From contig CAZCYZ010000002.1 of assembly GCA_964503465.1 (NCBI GenBank), forward strand, positions 70,995 through 134,994: a stretch of DNA of 64,000 nt, written 5' to 3'. Positions 60,016 through 64,000 of the stretch are shown one piece after another (position 1 is the first letter of the stretch; each line of letters starts with the position of its first letter). The position numbers and the translations under genes are program-made. The notes below the pieces were generated by a model that worked only from the letters and a program-made list of their open reading frames with translations, was not told the origin of the DNA and did not search any database. The DNA comes from an uncultured Gammaproteobacteria bacterium (GTDB lineage: Bacteria > Patescibacteriota > Microgenomatia > UBA12405).

Positions 60016-61002
60016 TTATTTTTCATTTGGTTTGTAGGCAAGGTTGCCGCCAGTAAGGGTGCGGATGTCGGTGATGCCAAAATTGGCCATGGTCCAACGA
60101 TCTAGGCCCATGCCGAAGGCAAAGCCACTCCAAATGTTGGGGTCAATGTTGGCCATTTTGAGGACATTGGGGTGGATAATGCCGGCACCACCCATCTCCA
60201 TCCAACCAGCACCCTTACAAATTGGGCAGCCAGCTCCATGACAGTTGAAACATTGCATGTCGGGACCAACACCTGGTTCAACTTCGGGATAATATTTTAA
60301 GCGATATCGAGTAACGACATTCGGACCATAAAGTGTCTTAAACATCAGGTCCATGGTGCCAAAAAGGTCCTTAAGAGTCACATTTTTATCAACAACTACG
60401 GCTTGATATTGGTGGAAAATAAAATGATTGCTTTTGTTGACTTTTTCGTTTCTGTAAACTTTGCCGGGGAAGGCGGCTCGGAAAGGTGGTTTATTGGCAG
60501 CCAGGAGTCTGGCTTCGATGGAGGATGTTTGGGTGCGCAGTAGAATGTCGGGTTCTCTGACGTAGATACTGTCTTGCATGTCGCGGGCGGGATGGTCGGA
60601 TGGTAGATTAAGTCTTTGAAAGCAATATTCGTCTGTTTCGACTTCTGGACCGTCGTAGACAGAGAAACCAAGCTGGCGAAACAGGGCATTGAGTTTTCTT
60701 TCGGTAATGGTAATCGGGTGGAGAGAACCAGCCTTTTTGGTAGCAAAAATTGGTTCATCATTTTTCGTTTGATCGTTTTTTATTTGAGGTAAGGACTCAA
60801 GTTTGCAGGAGATTAAATCTTCGATTTGTTGCTTGAGTTGGTTTAGATATTGGCCAAACTCTTTGGGATTAGGAGTAGTTTTTATTTTGGCAAATTCAGA
60901 ATTGATGATGCCATGGCGGCCGAGATATTTGATACGAAGGTTTTCCAATTCGGTGGCTTGCTGACAATTTTCAATTTCAGTTTTAATTTTTTCTAGGTTC
61001 AT
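60016..61002 (-). CDS. pheS: Phenylalanyl-tRNA synthetase alpha subunit
   Basis: HPARDMQD, LLRTQTS, GFAFGMGLDR. Confidence 0.97.
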   Translation of the reverse strand: MNLEKIKTEIENCQQATELENLRIKYLGRHGIINSEFAKIKTTPNPKEFGQYLNQLKQQIEDLISCKLESLPQIKNDQTKNDEPIFATKKAGSLHPITITERKLNALFRQLGFSVYDGPEVETDEYCFQRLNLPSDHPARDMQDSIYVREPDILLRTQTSSIEARLLAANKPPFRAAFPGKVYRNEKVNKSNHFIFHQYQAVVVDKNVTLKDLFGTMDLMFKTLYGPNVVTRYRLKYYPEVEPGVGPDMQCFNCHGAGCPICKGAGWMEMGGAGIIHPNVLKMANIDPNIWSGFAFGMGLDRWTMANFGITDIRTLTGGNLAYKPNEK

Positions 61003-61054
61003 AAAAAAACAAACCCCGCAGCGGCGGGGTTTAATTGTAGGTTAAATCCCCTCT
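61003..61054 (-). promoter_or_regulatory. Terminator/antiterminator between rplT and pheS (putative Phe attenuator)
   Basis: Terminator AAACCCCGC-CGCT-GCGGGGTTT-GTTTTTTT; competing GGGG-A-TTTAA/TTAAACCCC helix. Confidence 0.75.
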
Positions 61055-61396
61055 TTATTTTAGAGAGTTAAAGATAAACTTGAAAGTGTTGGGATCGTGA
61101 ATGGCAATCTCAGAGAGCATCTTACGATTGAGCTCGATCTTGTTGTCTTTGAGTTTTTTGATAAAAACTGAATAGCTGGTGGAAAAAGGTTTAAGGGCAG
61201 CGTTAAGGCGAACAATCCAGAGTTTGCGAAAATCACGACGGCGGATGCGACGGCCATTATAGGCGTATTGGCCGGCGTGCATAACAGCTTCGTTGGCGAC
61301 TTTGAAGCGCTTACTTCGGGTCATCCAGTAACCCTTGGCAAGTTTGAGAACTTTTTTGTGACCAGCTCTACGAACGGTACCAGTTTTGACTCTCAT
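61055..61396 (-). CDS. rplT: 50S ribosomal protein L20
   Basis: MRVKTG, LAKGY, RDFRKLWIVRLNAA, LNRKMLSEIA. Confidence 0.98.
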   Translation of the reverse strand: MRVKTGTVRRAGHKKVLKLAKGYWMTRSKRFKVANEAVMHAGQYAYNGRRIRRRDFRKLWIVRLNAALKPFSTSYSVFIKKLKDNKIELNRKMLSEIAIHDPNTFKFIFNSLK

Positions 61397-61399
61397 ATT

Positions 61400-61606
61400 T
61401 TATTTTCCTAAAATTTGTTTAATTTTTTTGGCGAAACGACCAAGGACGGCTTTTTTACCCTTAAGCCGACGGAGTTGTTTTTTACTTTTGCGGCGACGAA
61501 GATGGCGGTCAAAGGAGGCCTCGCGGAGAACCTTACCGTTTTTGGTGACCTCGAAGCGGTTACTGACCGATTTCCTGATTTTGAGTTTCTTTGACGGAGT
61601 TTTCAT
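61400..61606 (-). CDS. rpmI: 50S ribosomal protein L35
   Basis: K..KS...RF.VT.NGKV...HL; start at MKTPSKK. Confidence 0.92.
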   Translation of the reverse strand: MKTPSKKLKIRKSVSNRFEVTKNGKVLREASFDRHLRRRKSKKQLRRLKGKKAVLGRFAKKIKQILGK

Positions 61607-62153
61607 CTTTGTCGGTTTTTTTAGCTTTAACTGGGGTAAGAGTAAACAAAAGTCTCTTGCCCATAAGTCTGGCTTCACCCTCGGGAGCGGAGATAGCAGA
61701 CAGATCTTTGGTAAAGCGATCAATCAGCTGGTACCCAAACTCCTTCCTTTGGATTTGGCGACCTTGGAATTTTATACTTAATTTGACTTTATTTCCAGTG
61801 GTTAAAAATTTATTGGCCTTACGAACGGCAGTTTCGTAATCATTTTGGGAAATAAATGGTGTCATTTGAATCTCTTTAAGTTCACCGCCTTTGATGCCTC
61901 GTTTTTCAGCCTTCATTTTTTTGGCCTCCTGGTATTTGAATTTGGAAAATTCAATTAATTTGATTACTGGGGGTTTGGCCATTGGGGCAATTTCAACTAA
62001 ATCCAAACCAGTTTGATAGGCTTGTTGCCGGGCGTCGGTAATTGACATAATGCCGATTTGTTTGGCGTCTTCGTCGATTAAGCGAACTTCGGGGGCGGTA
62101 ATGTATTGATTAATCTTGTAAAATTTTTTGTTTTGATTTCTATAGGTAGCCAT
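61560..62153 (-). CDS. infC: Translation initiation factor IF-3
   Basis: IN..I...EVRLI, LDLVEIAP, KFKY. Confidence 0.97.
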   Translation of the reverse strand: MATYRNQNKKFYKINQYITAPEVRLIDEDAKQIGIMSITDARQQAYQTGLDLVEIAPMAKPPVIKLIEFSKFKYQEAKKMKAEKRGIKGGELKEIQMTPFISQNDYETAVRKANKFLTTGNKVKLSIKFQGRQIQRKEFGYQLIDRFTKDLSAISAPEGEARLMGKRLLFTLTPVKAKKTDKDENSVKETQNQEIGQ

Positions 62154-62161
62154 TTTATGGT

Positions 62162-63922
62162 TTATTTTATCAAAGTTTGGGATTTAGTGGTGATTTGCTC
62201 CTTAATTTTGGCAATAAAATCGTTTATTGACATGGCACCAAGATCCTGTTCGTCACGTTGACGAACAGCAACGGTATTCGAATCGGCTTCGCGAGCACCA
62301 ATAATTAACATATAAGGAATTTTTTCCAGTTGGGCATCGCGAATTTTGGCTTGCATTTTTTCGGAGCGGTCATCAATTTCAAAACGGATGTTGTTTTGAC
62401 TAAGCATTTCCCCTACTCTTTTGGCATATTCGTGCTGATTATCAGTGATGGGAATGATTTTGGCCTGAACTGGTGATAACCAGACCGGGAAGGCACCAGC
62501 AAAGTGTTCAAGCATGATCATTAGAAAGCGTTCAGGTGAACCAACTATGGCTCGATGTAGCATGACTGGGCGTTGTTTGGTGCCATCGGAGGCGGTGTAT
62601 TCCAACCCAAAACGCTCTGGGAAGACGTAATCAATTTGGATGGTAGAAAGTTGCCATTCACGCTTAAGGGCATCAGTAGCAATTAGATCCATTTTCGGGG
62701 CATAAAATGCGGCTTCACCTGGACCGTCAAAGTATTCGATGTGATTACGTTTCATGATGGTAACGGCCCATTTCTCAACCTTGTCCCAGGTGGCAGGGTC
62801 GCCAAGGTATTTTTCGGGATGTTGAGGATCACGGGTTGATAGGCGATATTTGTATTTAAGCCCAAAGGTATCCATGATTTCTTTGGTCATTTTGAGGGCG
62901 GTGTCAATTTCGGCATCAACTTGATCTTCACGACAAAATATGTGGCAATCGTCTTGTGAGAAAGCCCGAACACGAGCAAGGCCATTTAGTTCGCCCGGTT
63001 TTTCATCACGGTAAAGCATGGCAAAATCGGCATAGCGGAGAGGTAGGTCTCGGTAAGAATGAGGTTGAGAACAATATATTTGAGTGTGTTGGGGACAATT
63101 CATGGGCTTAAGGAAGAATTCTTCATCGGAATAGTTACTTACAACCCGGAACATGCTGTCTTTGTATTTATCGTAATGACCAGATATTTGAAACAATTTG
63201 GCCTTGGCGATTTGAGGCGTCCAAACCTGAGTGTAACCTTGTTTTTTTTGGACATCTTCGACGTAGTTGTTGACCGCGAGACGAATAGAAGCACCTTTGG
63301 GGGTATAGAGAGGAAGACCACTGCCAATTAGTTCAGAAAAGGTAAAAAGCCCAAGTTCCCTGCCTAATTTTCGATGATCTCTTTTTTGGGCTTCTTCAAT
63401 GATGCGGATATGTTCATCTAATTCTTTTTTGGACTCAAAAGCGGTGCCGTAGATGCGGGTTAACATCTTATTTTTTTCGTCACCATGCCAATAAGCGCCA
63501 GCAATCGAGAGTAATTTGAATGCCTTGATTTTACCAGTAGAAATGGCATGCGGACCAGCACAAAGATCGACGAAATTATCACCAGTGTAGTAGATAGAGA
63601 TAATTTCGTCACGATTGGTGATACTGTCGAGCCATTCGAGCTTGTAAGGGTTATCGGCAAAAAGTTTTTTGGCTTCGTCGAGGGAAATTTCTTGGCGAGT
63701 GATATCAAGATTCTGATCAACGATTTTTTGCATTTCGGCCTCGATTTTGGGAAAATCTTCTTCGGAGATTTTGAAGTTGCCAAGGGGTTCAAGATCCATG
63801 TAGAAGCCATCATCGGTGGCTGGTCCCATAGCTGGGTAAAATTGGCGAGGATACAGGTTGTTTAAAGCTTGGTGAAGAATGTGTTCCGCGCTGTGACGGA
63901 TTTGGTGTAGATTATCTGACAT
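62162..63922 (-). CDS. thrS: Threonyl-tRNA synthetase (no N-terminal TGS domain)
   Basis: RHSAEH, DLCAGPH, RDHRKLG, LKPMNCP, HRAIVGSPERF. Confidence 0.98.
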   Translation of the reverse strand: MSDNLHQIRHSAEHILHQALNNLYPRQFYPAMGPATDDGFYMDLEPLGNFKISEEDFPKIEAEMQKIVDQNLDITRQEISLDEAKKLFADNPYKLEWLDSITNRDEIISIYYTGDNFVDLCAGPHAISTGKIKAFKLLSIAGAYWHGDEKNKMLTRIYGTAFESKKELDEHIRIIEEAQKRDHRKLGRELGLFTFSELIGSGLPLYTPKGASIRLAVNNYVEDVQKKQGYTQVWTPQIAKAKLFQISGHYDKYKDSMFRVVSNYSDEEFFLKPMNCPQHTQIYCSQPHSYRDLPLRYADFAMLYRDEKPGELNGLARVRAFSQDDCHIFCREDQVDAEIDTALKMTKEIMDTFGLKYKYRLSTRDPQHPEKYLGDPATWDKVEKWAVTIMKRNHIEYFDGPGEAAFYAPKMDLIATDALKREWQLSTIQIDYVFPERFGLEYTASDGTKQRPVMLHRAIVGSPERFLMIMLEHFAGAFPVWLSPVQAKIIPITDNQHEYAKRVGEMLSQNNIRFEIDDRSEKMQAKIRDAQLEKIPYMLIIGAREADSNTVAVRQRDEQDLGAMSINDFIAKIKEQITTKSQTLIK

Positions 63923-63947
63923 AAGTGATTATAGCTAAAAAATAACT

Positions 63948-63970
63948 AAAAAACCCCGCGGTTGCGGGGT
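63948..63970 (-). terminator. Intrinsic terminator upstream of thrS
   Basis: Minus strand ACCCCGC-AACC-GCGGGGT-TTTTT. Confidence 0.85.
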
Positions 63971-64000
63971 GTTGGGGTTTAAACCACAAAACATCTCCCG

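Noticed and set aside
1-64000. Alternative genetic code (UGA=Gly) as in Gracilibacteria/Absconditabacteria
   Set aside because: TGA ends dnaB, the TrmH-family gene and rpmF at the expected positions, and conserved genes are uninterrupted under code 11.

Overview
Compact, mostly housekeeping 64-kb segment that looks like a CPR/Patescibacteria (Microgenomates-like) chromosome using genetic code 11. The lineage call is inferred from reduced PheT/ThrS/HolB/LspA, the pilin-rich type IV pilus locus and scattered orphan genes. Spot checks show the + strand G-rich along the whole window. Contents: hisS, tRNA-His/Leu/Ala, dnaB, a single Xer recombinase next to a dif-like site, gyrBA, a MacAB-type ABC system, ligA, a Fic protein, a ~19-kb type IV pilus cluster with a 1598-aa Cys-rich PA14 protein, rpsP/rnc/nusB/rpmF, recG, a class A PBP and thrS-infC-rpmI-rplT-pheST. 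The most interesting signals are not in the ORF track. (1) Two paralogous His-rich leader peptides with full attenuator architecture lie in tandem, one gating tRNA-His and one gating orf99-hisS. (2) A pheST attenuator appears to use the Phe-rich C-terminus of ribosomal protein L20 as its sensor. (3) A palindromic repeat family (6 copies) forms inverted ends around a DUF559 nuclease pseudogene and has also inserted in-frame into ligA. (4) tRNA-Leu shares its terminal A with the next start codon, leaderless promoters are pervasive, and an orphan gene is bounded by 28-bp direct repeats. All protein calls come from motif recognition by eye; no searches or folding programs were run.
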